NCBI GenBank assembly: GCA_964016885.1
Contig: OZ024740.1
Span: 373,240,001 to 373,304,000 of the forward strand
Length of the DNA: 64,000 nucleotides
Origin: Eledone cirrhosa
Lineage: Eukaryota
Direction: 5' to 3'
The stretch's first letter is position 1, and the number at the start of each line of letters is the position of its first letter. Below the pieces are notes generated by a model, which saw nothing but the letters and a program-made list of their open reading frames with translations, was not told the DNA's origin and did no database searches. Shown in pieces: positions 15,021-32,912 of this stretch. A program made the translations under genes and the position numbers.

Positions 15021-15475
15021 GCATTGCACACACACACGCACCACAGAAACACCGACACCCATCAAAGACACACACAACAGAGACACACATTCAAACACAC
15101 CATAGACACACAGACACACACACACATAAATATGGACGAACGTCTGTGTGTTATCATTATTATCTTTAATAAGGTGGTGGTTAGTAGACAGAGGATAATA
15201 TATTTGAAGCATATAGGTCCCTCACTTTATGTTCGTCGTTCAAATCGTACCGATTTTTTTGTCGGCGATAAAATAAAATAGTGGCAAATCACTGTTTAGT
15301 TTTAAAAGGTTATCTGTGAAGCTTGCAATACAAATGCATTGACTTACCGCTTACTTATGACACACGCTATATATATATGCATATATATATATATATATAC
15401 GTACAAACATCTATCTATCTATCTATCTATCTATATATATATATATATATATATATACGTGCAAACACACACTTA

Positions 15476-15528
<53 letters not shown>

Positions 15529-15534
15529 TTGCAC

Positions 15535-15601
<67 letters not shown>

Positions 15602-16423
15602 TACCCACACATGCATTCATACAATACACACACATTTACATATGTATAAGCTTTAAATGCATATCTGTGAGTGACGATGCGTATATAATTATATGCACAA
15701 TGTGTAATTATTCTTTCGAATGACCGTGTAACTGTTAATATCTGATATCATAGATGTTAATTGTTAAACAGAAAATCATTGGCAATACATGAGAAGGTTA
15801 ATGGCGAATGTATGAAAAACGGGCACGTGCAACTCTACTAATATGCTATTCATTGAATTACGTGGTTGTGGCTCAAAACTTCTGAATGCCCGTGATAAGC
15901 AGCTGGATTAGCGCAATTGATTAATTTCCATATTTCACTTGCTATCATTGCGCAAATAGTTCAGTTATTCACCTTTAACCGCACTGAATGAAATAACTTG
16001 TTGCCCCATTAATGGCCTCTTGTCATTTTATGGAACATGAACAATACATCTCAAAGAGAATATATAATTCTAATAATACTTCCATAGATTGTCAGGAAGC
16101 CGCTACATTTGAAGTGGAAGTGGTAGAGTCGAATGAACAGTATATTCTAGCGGTGAAAGTAAAGGCACCTAATTTGCTTGAATTTGAACTTATAAAGTAA
16201 AATGAGGTACATCAAAGCTACAAGGCATTTTTAGTCGTTCTGTGCAGGAATTGCTTTCAATGATCAGTATAATTATGGATGCAACTACCCGTGGAGCCTG
16301 CATTGCCGAATGGTTAAACCGTTTGTTTCGCAATCCTTAGATCCTGATTTCGAATCTACTTTCTGTCATCTTGTGTAAATGTTATTCACCAGAGACACAT
16401 TTCAACGCAAATGCCGTAAGTAA

Positions 16424-16878
16424 TATTGTTCGGAAGTTCGTATTAATTCTAAAACCACTGTCTGGAATGGGAAATGCAGGGGGAAGGTGGATTACACTTT
16501 AAATAACTGACTGGAAGATACGCCACAGCTGCACTACGTCGGCATGATAGCAAAATATTTGCCGTGGAGAATAGCTAGTGACAGATGCTGCATCAGCTAT
16601 GCCACCGCATAACGTTTCCTCCCTGAAGCAAGAATGATTACCTCCAATAGTATTGTTCGGAAGTTCGTATTAATTCTAAAACCACTGTCTGGAATGGGAA
16701 ATGCAAGGGGAAGGTGGATTACACTTTAAATAACTGACTGGAAGATACGTCACAGCTGCACTACGTCGGCATGACAGCAAAATATTTGCCGTGGAGAATA
16801 GCTAGTGACAGATGCTGCATCAGCTATGCCACCGCATAACGTTTCCTCCCTGAAGCAAGAATGATTACCTCCAATAGT
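16424..16878. repeat. Tandem duplication, 2 x 227 bp, about 3 mismatches
   Basis: Unit starts tattgttcggaag at 16424 and at 16651. Confidence 0.95.
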
Positions 16879-17490
16879 GAAGCAATAACAGGAGTTGACG
16901 TATGGACATAATTAAAATATATAACAATAATTGGTGACGCTAAACAGGTTCCATCAGCAAGTGCTCAATATTTAAAAGTCATCATTAAAGCCATATCTTT
17001 CACATGAAATTGAAAGAAGCCATTTCTAAAATAAGCATAAAACTAGAAATTATTAGACATAAATTAAATCTGGGTCTTATTTTATTGATATTAGTGGCTA
17101 ACAAATATAAGTGATTTGTACAGTACTGGAAACTCAATACTCAATACAGTCAAGAGTTATTGTCATAGACAATTTCTTTAAAAGGATTATAGTAACGTTT
17201 GAAATTCGGGGAATATGGTATGGTGCTTATTTATAACGATAGTGTTGTTAATTCTACTGAAACAATTAGGTGTCATAAACAAGCTCGTGATTGTAATTAT
17301 ACAAACTGTTCGGGCAACCACCAGAGTTTGTCCATTTGCTCATGTCATTCGTCTTAAGCCCAAGCATACACACACAAACACACAGACACACGCACACACA
17401 CACACACATGCACACACCACACACACACCAAACTCACGCACAAACATCTGCACACACGAATAGCATTATGTGTATATATATATCTATATA

Positions 17491-17531
<41 letters not shown>

Positions 17532-17596
17532 TAAAAGGGTGGTGGAACTCCCCAATTTCTCACATCGTCATGTGCTGCTTCATATGTACGTGCAGC

Positions 17597-17757
17597 ATTT
17601 GGATGGTGTTTCAGCATAGTTACGTTCCTTTACGATCTGAGTTCAAATCCCGCCGATGCTGACTTTGCCTTTCATCCTGACGGCGCCTATAAAATAAAGT
17701 ACCAGTAATGCACTGGGTAACTGCTGGCCTTTTGCCTAAAGTAGAAACAATTTATTA
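17597..17757 (+). mobile_element. tRNA-derived SINE, partly 5'-truncated
   Basis: B box gagttcaaatcc plus conserved body. Confidence 0.85.
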
Positions 17758-18573
17758 CTCACTATAGCATTTTCCTTATATTCTTGGCCATAAAAACTAT
17801 ATTTTTAATATATACTAATATTACCATAAGTAAATTTTGTAAACATATATATTTTTGACGTTATATTTTTTCTTCCTTAAATTTTCTTCTTTCTTCTCTC
17901 CTTCTGTGCTCGTATTAAACCTATTATTTACTTTTTCATATTACAATACATAAAAACAAACTTAAACCCTAACTAAGTCCTCTAAGAACATAATTCATTT
18001 AATTTCTTCTTCATTCACCTTATATCCTTAACATTTTTATTTTAATAATACATATTAATAAATTTCTTTTATATATTATTAAACCCTTCAATATATAAAC
18101 CTTAAATATATACTATTGTTAATTCCTTTTTCTTTAATCATAAACATCACCATTCATAAACCTCATTAACTTTTAATTTCAAAATATATTTTTTTAAATT
18201 ATGTATTATCTTACAACGGTTTTTTTAATTTTCTTTGTGAGACAGTGTTTCTCAGTATTAAAGGCTATCTCTCTCTCTCTCACTCATTTATCATCCTCTC
18301 TCATCCTTCCTTCTTATTCTCCTCCCCCGTCATCCTTTATTTTTCTTTCTTCTTCTTCCTTATCTTTTCCTTCACCCCTCCTCCTTTTTTTCACAATCTC
18401 ATATATCCATCTTACTTTATTTTTGATACGTTGATTTAACACTTCACTGCTCGTAGTGTTTCTTAAGCTTCATATCATGTCTGCCTACTTTATTTTCAGA
18501 GAACGCAGATATCATCCCATGATGATATTTGTTTTTGAAATGCGCATAATAAAATACATGGAACTCTTTTGAT

Positions 18574-18634
<61 letters not shown>

Positions 18635-18682
18635 AATGAATAATAACGGGTAGACATCATGAAAAGGTAATTTATTCTGCGT

Positions 18683-18792
18683 CCTTACAAATGTTTTCAC
18701 GGTGGTTATACAGCCCAGTTATGTTATGTGCAAATTTATAAATATTTGTAAAACTCAATTATCAAATGCTGTGACCACTGTATCCTCAGAGC
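18683..18792 (-). ncRNA. Type I hammerhead motif with about 90-nt stem II (also 21874-21983 and partial 31222-31321)
   Basis: GCU-CUGAGGA (CUGACGA in the 31.3-kb copy), long stem II, GAAAC AUUU GUA, AGC; each copy carries one lesion. Confidence 0.7.
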
Positions 18793-19330
18793 TGAATAGT
18801 TAAAATGTAAAATATTAATACCCTCAAGGGAAGTTAGTAGAAAAGGAAAAGAGAAAGAAGGGGAGAGGGAGAGAGAGAGACATATGCAGGGGCTGGAGAA
18901 ATGGGAGAGGGTGCTTTGTAGAATACAGATATCTTAATCAAAATGTTGTGGTAGGGGTTTTATTATACTGGTTACTCTCAAAGCGACAACCTTAAGCGAT
19001 GCGTTGATAGTTAAGGTTGGACTTATTTATTGCCACAGAGGGCAGGTTCATAGATGTGGAGAGGGAGGTAGGTGGACCGAGGGCGAGAGATAGATATAGA
19101 GAGAGAAAGAGAGAGAGCGAGAGGGCGGATGGAGAGAGAGGAAGATATAGAGATAGAGAGGGGACAGACAAAAGCTATGGGATGGGTGTACATTGAGTTC
19201 ATAGTTGTAGGCTACAAATTGCCCTTAAGTATCCATCTATAGTGATAAGCAGGGTATTGTCTTGTAGTGTGGGGGATATAGTTAAGAAGTTGTTATTAAG
19301 AGAAAGTAGTTAGGAGAAAGCAATGTTTTA

Positions 19331-21610
19331 GTTACAGGTTCGAATGTAAAGTTATTTTATAGTGAGAAAATTTAGCCTTCAGTTTGTGGCGCAGTATAAT
19401 GATCGTTCGATTCTGACATTTAGTAATTTATTTTTGGATTTTAAGATGTAAAAGTGTTCAAGATTACATAACCTGCAGTACTTCAATCCACTCCGATATG
19501 CACTAGCGCTGGAAAGTATATCCCATTTCAAGGTGAACTATTGGTTGCGTTCACGGAGTTGCCAGGTCTTGTTGGCGATCGTGGTCACAACACGGTGATT
19601 AGGATGTTTAATTGAGAATCGATGACGCTACCAGCGATATTTAAAGGAGGTAGTGGCAGACCCGATGTAATACCATTTCTGGTAGTTCGATTCAACAGTG
19701 CATTGATAAACAATTTTGGACTTTAGGCATTTATTCTTCAATGGACATCTTTCAGGTAGGTGGCTGTTACAGCTTTTATTGTGGGTAGCAGGTATACCAT
19801 GGATAGGTTGGGATAACAGTACAGGTGGGTTGTGTAATACCCGTCTCCCATTTAGTGGTTGGGTGGCCGATACTACATTATGTTCATCTGTTATTAAAAT
19901 ATTTTGTTTTGTAGTGTTGTTTAATTGCATTAAGTTAAGTTTTTTTATGTATGCTTCAAGGTTTGGTGCAGTGGAGTATGATAGCTTAATAGTCTTAGAG
20001 TTCAGAATTTTGCTGTATTAATGGGTACTAGGGAAATGCTTGTTGATTAACTTAAAGAATGAAAGAGATAGTTTTGTACTAATCGAAGCATTACAAATGG
20101 GATTATACCAGATCTACTTTCTACAACGTGATTTATTTGGTGATGATTTTCTATTATTAGTATGTCTGGTGGTACTGCGTGTGCGCGCTTGTATTTCTAT
20201 ACCGCGGTTACGTATTCTTTGATTTCGTATAGAGCTATGTGTGTTATGGAGATTCTGATCAATGTATTATATTGTATCCCGGTGGTCGGCAGTCCTTAAT
20301 GCATTATCATAGTATTCAGCATGTTCACTGAAAATCTCAGAGTTAAACGATAGGCGAGAGATTCTAAGAGAAATACTACGGGGAACCGATTTGATCAAGG
20401 AAAGTGGATGGTTTAAGTTAAAATTGATATAGGTAAGGTTCTAATTTATCTTGTGGAAGGGTCGTATCAGTCCGGTATTTAAATTAAGAGTTACGTCTAG
20501 AAAAGTTACTACTTTAAGATTGTATTCATACGTTATTTTTAGACCCAGTTCACTAAAAAATGTTCTAATGTTTTTCCGTAGCCTTTCAAGATTTTGGTTA
20601 TTTAAGTTATTAACTATTAAGAGCGCGTCATCTCTATATATTCCCCCCTGTAGATTACTCATTTTCCATGTAGTATGAGGGCTATGTAAATTCCCACAAG
20701 ATCGTTGACCTCCGCTGAGTCGTTGGAGCCCATGGTAATGTCGAAGTTTGTGGGTCTGTTCTTACGTTCCCAGTAGCAGTTATCACACTTGATAATAGAT
20801 TTCCTAGCCTCTAGAATAATATTAATTTCGTCCTCCGTTAGGTCGGAATTGACTTTGGCAAACGATAGGGCCTTACGTAAAGTTCTGGGTGAGATTGAAG
20901 AGTAGTATTCGTCCATGTCAAATTGTATAAACTTACACTTATTCTTGTTCTTAACGTTATTAAACCAGCGAATTGCTTCGCTAGTGTTGCCCCATAATCT
21001 AATTTCTATTTTCTTTTTCAATTGAGTTATTACTCTGTCAAGTATATGTTTGCTAATTTTTCCTATGTCTGATTTAGACGGGCATATAAGTCTAATCTTA
21101 GGGTTAGAGTCAACATTTACCTTATGGTCCTTCAGGTTAAAGGTGAGGGTTGCGGGTATAATCGGCTCGGTTCTATCGTCTATCTTGAGATTCTTCACCA
21201 CCTTGTATGGCTCGTTGTTAATAATTGCTAGCGTAGTTTCACTTGGTTTTCTATATTTCTTGTGTAGTTCATTGCGTATGAAGTTGTTGTATGTATCGAT
21301 ATCCATGGTATACACGTTAGAGGTCTTATCAGCTTCCACAACAATTCCATTGGTATTTTGCAGTATGTTTGGTAAATTTAATATTCATGGTCATATTCAT
21401 TAAGTCTTGTTCAAAAGCATCGAGATGGGGGTTTGTGGGTGGGTGTTTACATGATTTAAAACCATATGATTCAGACGAGTGACTGGCGTGTCCCTTATCG
21501 AAATGGAAAGCCTTCCATTGTACACGCCGAATAAAGTCATTATTGCATTGTATCATACCAAGAATATATTCCCTTTTGTTAGGTATAGGTATGTTTTTAA
21601 GTGACATACC
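19331..21610 (-). pseudogene. PLE RT + GIY-YIG endonuclease ORF, frameshifted
   Basis: SLKNIPIP..RRVQWKAFHF, ADKTSNVY, LKDHK..IRLICPSKSDIGKISK, FIQFD..YYSSI, FDITMGSNDSAEV, GIYRDDAL, VTFLDV, CPLKNKCL..IVYQC..YYIGS, CRLCNLE. Confidence 0.92.
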
Positions 21611-22133
21611 TATATGATGCCTTTCATATTACTGCCGTATATCGGTGTCGTTGCTCAACTGTGCAGGAGACGATTATTAGGTATAGGATTATCCTGGATG
21701 CAGTAATGGTTAATTACTACACTGGATAGAGTGGACGTACGGTGAGGGGTTACTCAACGAGTTATGGAATAATAGTTGAAGAAAGTCAGTTCCTGATACT
21801 TCTGTATTCCTGAGTGTAGATAAAGAATGAATAATAACAGGTAGACATCATAAAAAGGTAATTTATTATGTGTGCTTACAAATGTTTCCACGGAGGTTAT
21901 ACAGCCTAGTTATGCTATGTGCACATTTATAAATATTTGCAAAACGCAATTATCAAATGCTGTGACCACTGTATCCTCTGAGGTGAATAGTTAAAATATA
22001 AAATGTAAATACCCTTAAGTGAGGTTATTGGAGAAGATAGAGTAGAAAAGGAAGAGAGAAAGAAGGGGAGAGGGAGATAGAGATAGAGAGGGAGAGAGTG
22101 AGAGAGAGAGAGAGAGAGCGAGAGAAAGAGAGT

Positions 22134-22223
<90 letters not shown>

Positions 22224-23896
22224 GGGGCTGGAGAAATGGGAGAGAGTGATTCGTAGAATACAGATATCTTAATCAAAATGTTGTGGTATGGGTTTCATTA
22301 TACTGGTTACTCTCAAAGCGAGAACCTTAAGCGATGCGTTGATAGTTAAGTTTGGAATTATTATTTGCCACAGAGGGCAGGTTCATAGATGTGGGGAGGG
22401 AGGGAGGTGGAGAGATAGATATAGAGACAAAGAGAGAGGGAGTGGGCGAGAGAGAGAGAGAGAGAAGTCAATTATATATATATATATATATATAATCGAC
22501 TTCTCTCTCTCTCCTCCTCGCCCACTCCCTCTCTCTCTCTCTATATATATATATATTTATTTGGGTTTGTTGCTTCACCACTGGATAGAACTGGTCATTC
22601 TGTGTGGTTAGCCACGATGTAATGTTATGGAAAGCACTCAACGTAATGCTACCACCCGTCTTCGTTTGTGTAGTTGGTGGTGCGAGTACGGAGCTGATTA
22701 TTACAAAATAACAGGAGGCATGTTCTGGTGTACATCCTTGAAAGTTTTATTTTACTAAGATCATTTCAATGACCGGGTTCAGTATGAATCCGGTGACATT
22801 ATCAGTAATTCAAAATATAACGAAGGAATATATCAGATAAAAATCTTTAGTGTTTAAATCAGAGACAAGAGGGCGGACGGTTTTCTAGCGACTTGTATCT
22901 ACGTCGACCGCCCTCGAGTGCTGATATTTCGGTTAAGATACTACCTTATGGTGTGGAGGCGTAAGCCTTTAATGTACTACCACCATTCCGTCAGATAGAA
23001 GTGCCAGCGCTGAGGTCACGGGTCAATCAGGCTGGTAAGGCACGCTCGATATGCCGCGAAATGTGTTTTTTCAATGACAAACAGACATAAAGATTAAAAA
23101 GGGAGAGAGTTTGTGTGAATGAAAGAGAGATAGAAAGTGACAGAGAAAGTAAAACTGAGGGAGGTTGTAGGAGAATGAAAAACAGAGAGATTGACAAAGA
23201 GATTGAGAAATATAGAGTGTGTGTAATTCATATAAAGAGTAGGTGACAATTAACATAAGGAGGCTTTTATGAAGAACTTTAGGTGTGATATATATATATT
23301 CACGATAAATTGACACGGTGGTATATATAGTAAAAATAGTAAAAATATTCCCGTGTTAGTGGTCAATAACCAGCAACGACTAGGGTCCCGCGCCATCCAC
23401 CCGCCAGCTGTTCCGAGTAATATAGTCTAGCGAAAGAAATAGAAATTAGTTTTTCCGAGCACTCCAGGAATGTAGCTGTGTTAGGCGTCGGATATTTCAG
23501 CGTGAGGCCCGCCATCGCCGGCTGGCCATCGTATATACACCGAGCGGTTGCTATTATATCACACAGTGTGGGGTTATAATTAAGTGGTAGTAGGAAGATG
23601 CAAGATACAGTTAATGGTTATGACTAGGCCTAGAAAATAAGGGTAGTATTTGGTGGTCAGTAGCGGCGGCGTGTCGTTACCTCCAGCCCGGCATAGCCCC
23701 ATGACGAAGGAGCGTTCCGAAAAATTTCGTTTATCGAAAGAAGGGCAAATTTATATTTCTAAGCACTCAGAGAAGGCTAAAACGCCCGATTGGCCGGCAC
23801 ACACTCCGGAGATCAGCCACATCTGTCGTATCATCGCGTATTACCAGACAATTGATATTTATTCACATCCGTGGTCGAGAGTGGTAAAACGCGATG

Positions 23897-23975
<79 letters not shown>

Positions 23976-23979
<4 letters not shown>

Positions 23980-24160
23980 TAAAAGGAATAGAAAATGCTG
24001 ACAAATTATTCACAGTGAAAATAGTTTAATTAGGAATATGTGAGAATTAGTAATAGTATTGGTTAGTATTCAGTTTTGGTTTTAAGTTTTCCCGGTTGCG
24101 CATTTCTAATGCTTTTCAAAAATAATTTTGAGATAGAGCGTCCGTAATGTTTGCTCTGAT
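23976..24160 (-). mobile_element. Single-arm pLTR fragment of PLE family F
   Basis: Matches the ends of 40111-40542, 50118-52262 and 59437-62564; flanked by (TA)n. Confidence 0.85.
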
Positions 24161-24280
24161 ATATATATATATATATATATATTTATTAAAATAACAGATT
24201 AAAGTTTAAGCTAAGAATCGTGATTTCATCCTTAACGGGGTCTTCTGAAACTAACAAATATATATATATACATATAAATA

Positions 24281-24460
24281 TAGGAGTAAGTAAGACCCCG
24301 ACGGCTGAGCTCAAGCAGTTTCGACGGCTATTAGCCGTCGAAACGGATTGAGCTCAGCCGTCTGGGTCTTACTTACTCCTATTACCCACTCTACTACCCT
24401 AAGTATTGAGTACATTGGTGCGTTATGGTCCACCTGGTTCCTTACCACTTTTCCTTCGCT
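24281..24460. mobile_element. Mini inverted-repeat insertion of PLE family C 3' end
   Basis: 50-bp arms centred near 24331 plus a 75-nt tail; same sequence as 55731-55864. Confidence 0.85.
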
Positions 24461-24998
24461 ACATATAAATATATATATATATATATCAAATTTCGAATTC
24501 ACCGCCAAAACGGGGGTTACCTCCCTTGGAGAAAACCACGTGTCTATAGCGCAATTTACTGCTAGAAAACACCCACTGCGGCTGTAGAACGCAAGCCTTT
24601 TTGACGAAGTAAATGCTTACTCTGTCGTCAAAGGCCATTAACCTGCAGACCCCTGCAAGCGGAATTAGTCGATCTCGGATTTACAGAAACGTAGCGTGGA
24701 TGTTGTATGTTGTATGTGATGTATATCCTATGCTATACGATATGCATTATCTATTGCATTCGGTCTCCGCGTGGTGGTCCGGGTCAGTCAAAAATATTTT
24801 CCTGAGTACAGTCTTTTTAGTTGCTATGGCAATGCGGCTGGACTGCCGATCGCTATATTTGATTTACAAAGATGTCTAAACGTATTGTTATGAATCTGGG
24901 GTGTTATTCTCAATCGAGTGCTGAAGCTAAATTACGAATCTGCATTCGTTAGCTTAGCCGCAGCCTAAAGCTTCGTTTATGCTGTACTAAAATTTGTA

Positions 24999-28070
<3,072 letters not shown>

Positions 28071-28407
28071 ATTTCTGAATTTGTTTAGCAAGATTCTTTA
28101 TCTGAAAATGTGTGTAGACAAATCACAGAGTGAATAAACTTAAATAAACTCCAACCAAAATTAAATAGAAAACATGAATTGAATAGCAACATCACAACTT
28201 ACAATTAAGGACGAAATGAAAACACACACACACATAGAACAAACAACCAACCAGTAACATGTATATACACATATAAAGAAACAAATATAAACACACACAG
28301 AGACCCGGATGTAACCCATGCGCAAACTAAGCACACAACACACACAAAAACATGATGGCTTAGGACAGAACAAAGGAGAGGCACAAAAACAAAGAAAATA
28401 ATCCCCA

Positions 28408-28450
28408 GTCACTGAAGAGGTCACATAATGTGTGAGGAAAGGACTTTGAC
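28408..28450 (+). ncRNA. Minimal type I hammerhead in a PLE pLTR fragment (about 28080-28607)
   Basis: GUCA-CUGAAGA-GGUCACA uaaug UGUGAG-GAAA GGAC UU-UGAC; stem I perfect. Confidence 0.7.
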
Positions 28451-28602
28451 AATATATGAACAATCGTCTGGTTGTGGAACCAACCAACCAACCGGAAATG
28501 TATTAATTCCTAAATTTATAAATTTAATTTATAATAAATTGAAGGGAAAGCAACTATCTGGTGCGTGTGTTTCTTATTGGCAACATGACCCTGCCAAAGC
28601 AT

Positions 28603-28656
<54 letters not shown>

Positions 28657-28710
28657 GTATATATGTATGTTTATATATGTGTGTATATATATGGAAATAT
28701 ATATATACAT

Positions 28711-28794
<84 letters not shown>

Positions 28795-28796
<2 letters not shown>

Positions 28797-30088
28797 CCTA
28801 TCAAACTTCTTGCGTCACATGTGGAGAAACCTCAGAGCATTTAAGTCACATAGGTTTCTGAAAATAATAAAACCTGCAGGTTATGTTGGGGCCAAACCTG
28901 AGGGCATGGACTACTAGGCAATTATTTGTGGAGTGGCTAAATTTGGTCTTTGGTCCTGACGTTAAGAAATATCTCCAGGAAAAATAACCTACCCCGCAAG
29001 CCCTTCTCATCCAGGACAATGCATCTAACCTCGAAGATGACGTCCTCGGAGAGTTCAAATTTATAGATGTTCTATACCTTCCACCCAACGCCACCCCAAT
29101 CCTGCTGCCCACAACTAGCTGGTGTTTTCTAATATCATGCAATTCTTCACCAAGCGCCTGTTCCGCCGCTGCTTTGAGGCGTGCACAAACCTCACCCTTC
29201 GTGATATCCCACAAGATTATCGATATGGCATGCCAGGGTGTTACAAAGGAGATCTTGACCTCTATGTGGAAGAAGCTGTGGCCTGAGGTTGTGTCTGAAA
29301 CGAACTTTGAAAAACTCGAATCCAAAGCGGTAGTGGTGGAGGAGATTCCATCCCTCGGCAAGTCCATGGGCTTGGACATGGATGAAGGTGATATTAACGA
29401 GCTCATCGGGGATCACTCAAAGAAATTGATAATGGAGGAGCTAAAGGATCTACTGACGCAGCAGCACAGGAGGTTTTGCAGGAAATGGGTGACGCGGAGG
29501 AGGCGGAGGAGGTTATCTCTACAAGTGAGATAAAGGAAATTGGGAATGTGGGCGAAACATTCAGACTTTATTCAAAAGAAACACTCAGAAAAAGTTGCAA
29601 CTGGGCGTGCGATGGCGCTATTTAATGACACTTGCCTAACTTATTTCAGAAACAATCTGAAGAGGAGGATGAAGTAAACCTCATTAGACAGGTTTTTATC
29701 GAAAACTCCTGCAGATAAAAGTGAGGAAAGCGTGGTGAAAATGGCAAAAATCAGCGAATAAGATTCATTTATTCAGTTCGGCCTTTCTCCTCCACCAGCG
29801 CCAGCATCCTCAAGTCGTCTGATCTCCAAGGTAAATTCTGTACATTATATTTAATAAAACCAGTTTATTCCAGTACATTCTATTGTATTGTTTTTTATAC
29901 AATCTTCTTTATGTATAAGTACATTTTTCTTATTTAAATTCACGTAACAAAAAGAAAAAATGTTGTGGTGGAACGGATTAATGGCATTTCAATTCATTTC
30001 AATGGGGTAAATTGTTTAGACATACGAGTAATTTGAGTTAGGTCCACCGTCACGGAACGAATTAAACTCGTAAGTCAAGGTACCACTG
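28795..30088 (+). mobile_element. Tigger/pogo (Tc1-mariner superfamily) DNA transposon, 3' half with right TIR
   Basis: [70 protein letters not shown]; TIR ctcgtaagtcaaggtaccactg ends at 30088. Confidence 0.9.
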
Positions 30089-31187
30089 TTTTTATATATG
30101 AACCATTACCGCTACATGAATGTTAAGAACTATGCCCCTGCCATTGTAACACTTTCTTTGTTTTCTGTTTTCTATTAAAGTGTTCAAACAACATTTTCAA
30201 ACATTCCTCCTCACAAAACTATTCAATTTAATCACTTTCCTCTTTGAGTTATGGCGTATTGTAATATGGCCAATAGTAATAACTTTTATTACATTCCCGT
30301 TAACGTTCTCATGTTCCGAATATTATCTGCACATTTCAATTGAAAGTGGACAACGATTTTTCAAATGGTGATCTGTCTCTTTGGATTTGTTGTGTTTCAT
30401 TGTTTGAATGTGTGTCATCCATCATGTTTATATATAATGTGTCACAAAATACCATATTTTAAAATACAGGATGACCTCCGTAATTGTCATTTTCTCACTA
30501 TAAGACGATTATATTGAGATTTGATTACAGCTCTTTTAGTGTCCTCTTCTAGCTCTCATCAATCGAGTCAGTGTTCAGATGAATTTCGTTGTCAAATTAG
30601 TCTACACTTTTTTCAGCTTTCATGCACTTCTGAAATTGGATTTCTTTGCATTAAGATTTGTGCTTTCAGGAATATTTCGGTTCTATTTCCCGCATGTCGA
30701 GTGACTGCTATAAAGTGCTGGCATTAGCATGTTTTGGAATTAAGTATTATTTCTAGGACTTACGCACCACCAATTACAGTGTGTATTTTAAAATAAGCTT
30801 ATGCGTTTTTTTCTCTCCAATAAAACATATATTTCTGCAAAGAATACATATATTACCTAAGTAGTATAATTTTAAAATGTTTTGGATAAGAGAATAAGTA
30901 AAATGATGTTCTCACTTGATTTAGAGGTAGGGTAGCAGTCTCAGATATAATTAATGAATATATATCCATGATTTCAAGTTTTAAATGTGTTTATACGATT
31001 ACAACTGTAAGAGTGTTCAATTTAAATATACTGTAAAACAAGTAGGACGCAATACATATATAGAATATTTACTGTTATTGAAGAAATTGAATATTTACGA
31101 TATTAAAGAATTTGTATTCTTTATGGCAGGATATATAATATATGTACGGCTGGTGACACGAGAGAGAAGAGAGAGAGAGAAGAGAGG

Positions 31188-31221
<34 letters not shown>

Positions 31222-31222
<1 letters not shown>

Positions 31223-31440
31223 TTTCCACGGAGGTTATACAGCCTAGTTATGCTATGTGCACATTTATAAATATTTGCAAAACTCAATTATCAAATGCTG
31301 TGACCACTGTATCGTCAGAGCTGAATAGTTAAAATGTTAAATGTAACTACCCTTAAGTGAGGTTATTGGGGAAGATAGAGTAGAAAAGGAAGATAGAAAG
31401 AAGGGGAGAGGGAGATAGAGATAAATATAGATAGAGAGAG
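31222..31440 (-). mobile_element. Solo pLTR fragment of the 18631-22440 PLE family
   Basis: Near-identical to 21884-22090; flanked by (GA)n. Confidence 0.9.
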
Positions 31441-31772
31441 GGAGAGAGAGAGAGAGAAACCGCAACAAATTAACACAGTATGTAGTCTGCTAGAGTCAAT
31501 TTAAGTTAAATTCGCTTCGTTTTGTAATTCAGGAATCAACGGCGTAAATGGAACTTTCGAAATATTTACAAATCGCCTAATTTACTTTGATATTATTTCT
31601 CCGTAACATATAAGATTTATTAGAAAATGAGAACAGATTAAATTTAAAAGGTCGTTTATAATATGAGTGCGGATATTAGATTATACCAGATAATATTTAT
31701 TGGTCAAATTTTACGATTAGATATGTTAATGCGGCCTGACATGATTTTTTTCTTTTTTCGAAGCTGTTACTT

Positions 31773-31961
31773 ATAATAATTGTTTCTACTTTAGGCACAA
31801 GACCAGCAATTACCCAGTACATTACTAGTACTTTATTTTATAGACCCCGCAAGGATGAAAGGCAAAGTTAACCTCGGTGGGATTTGAACTCAGACTGTAA
31901 AGGGATGTAACTATGCTAGAAAACATGGCGTCCAACCCTCTACCGATACTGCCAATTCACC
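31773..31961 (-). mobile_element. Full-length tRNA-derived SINE
   Basis: Reverse complement of the SINE consensus including A and B boxes. Confidence 0.88.
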
Positions 31962-32218
31962 ATAATGACAAACAGTAGTAAATTCTGCGGCATTTGAAGG
32001 TTAGAGATTATTTGTTTATTCTTGTTAGGGATTATATTTCTTAGAATAATAGGAGGAAATGCAATTTCTTCTAAAGCATCATCATTATTTAGAAAAAGTG
32101 ACGTTGATTCGTATGCATATTTGAATTCCTTTTGCAATAAGTGAACTATGCTAAAGTTAGTATCAAATATAAATATGTATGAATGTACAAATAGCGCCCC
32201 CCCTCCCTAACACGCACG

Positions 32219-32312
<94 letters not shown>

Positions 32313-32459
32313 CGGGCACGTATGTGTTTCTGTGTGGGGAATTTTATTTGTAGATATATACACATTTATATATGATACTAACTTTAGTATATGTATATAT
32401 ATATATATATATCACATAAAAAAAAGAGAATCAGTTTTGCGACGAATGGAGTTTATTGG

Positions 32460-32520
<61 letters not shown>

Positions 32521-32837
32521 TATATATATATATGTGGAACGTACATGAATATGTGTGTGAGAGCCTGTACATTACCACTTAATATGTAAATAAAAACTGA
32601 ATCAATTATAAGCAGTTAATCTATTTATTTCTCTTCCTTTCATGCCTTTTTACTAATCGGCTTGCATTTTACCTTCCTTTTTTATGATATTCATTAATTT
32701 CTGTTCGTCTACTTCACGTGATATAGTTATTTCATATTTCTTCAGTTCTTCTCTACGCCCCTAACCTGCTCTATTTCCATTTCCTACAATTATACTTAAT
32801 GCTGTTGATGTTATAGTTATTTATGCAATAGCAACAT

Positions 32838-32881
32838 TAGTAGTATCAGTATCAGTAGTAGTAGTAGTAGTAGTAGCAGCA

Positions 32882-32912
<31 letters not shown>

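Larger units (their letters stand above)
18631..22440 (-). mobile_element. Full-length decayed Penelope-like element (Naiad-like) with direct pseudo-LTRs (18631-about 19130 and 21822-about 22440)
   Basis: Direct repeats flank an RT + GIY-YIG remnant; 3' end abuts (TA)n; an HHR motif sits in each pLTR. Confidence 0.92.

Noticed and set aside
16295-16380. tRNA gene
   Set aside because: Only degenerate A/B-box-like words with no cloverleaf; likely an old SINE head. The other SINE heads are likewise not tRNA genes
18683-21983. Apparent reciprocal stem I covariation between the two pLTR hammerheads (GCU/AGG versus CCU/AGC)
   Set aside because: Two single substitutions in a decayed element; the third copy has GCU, so chance is sufficient
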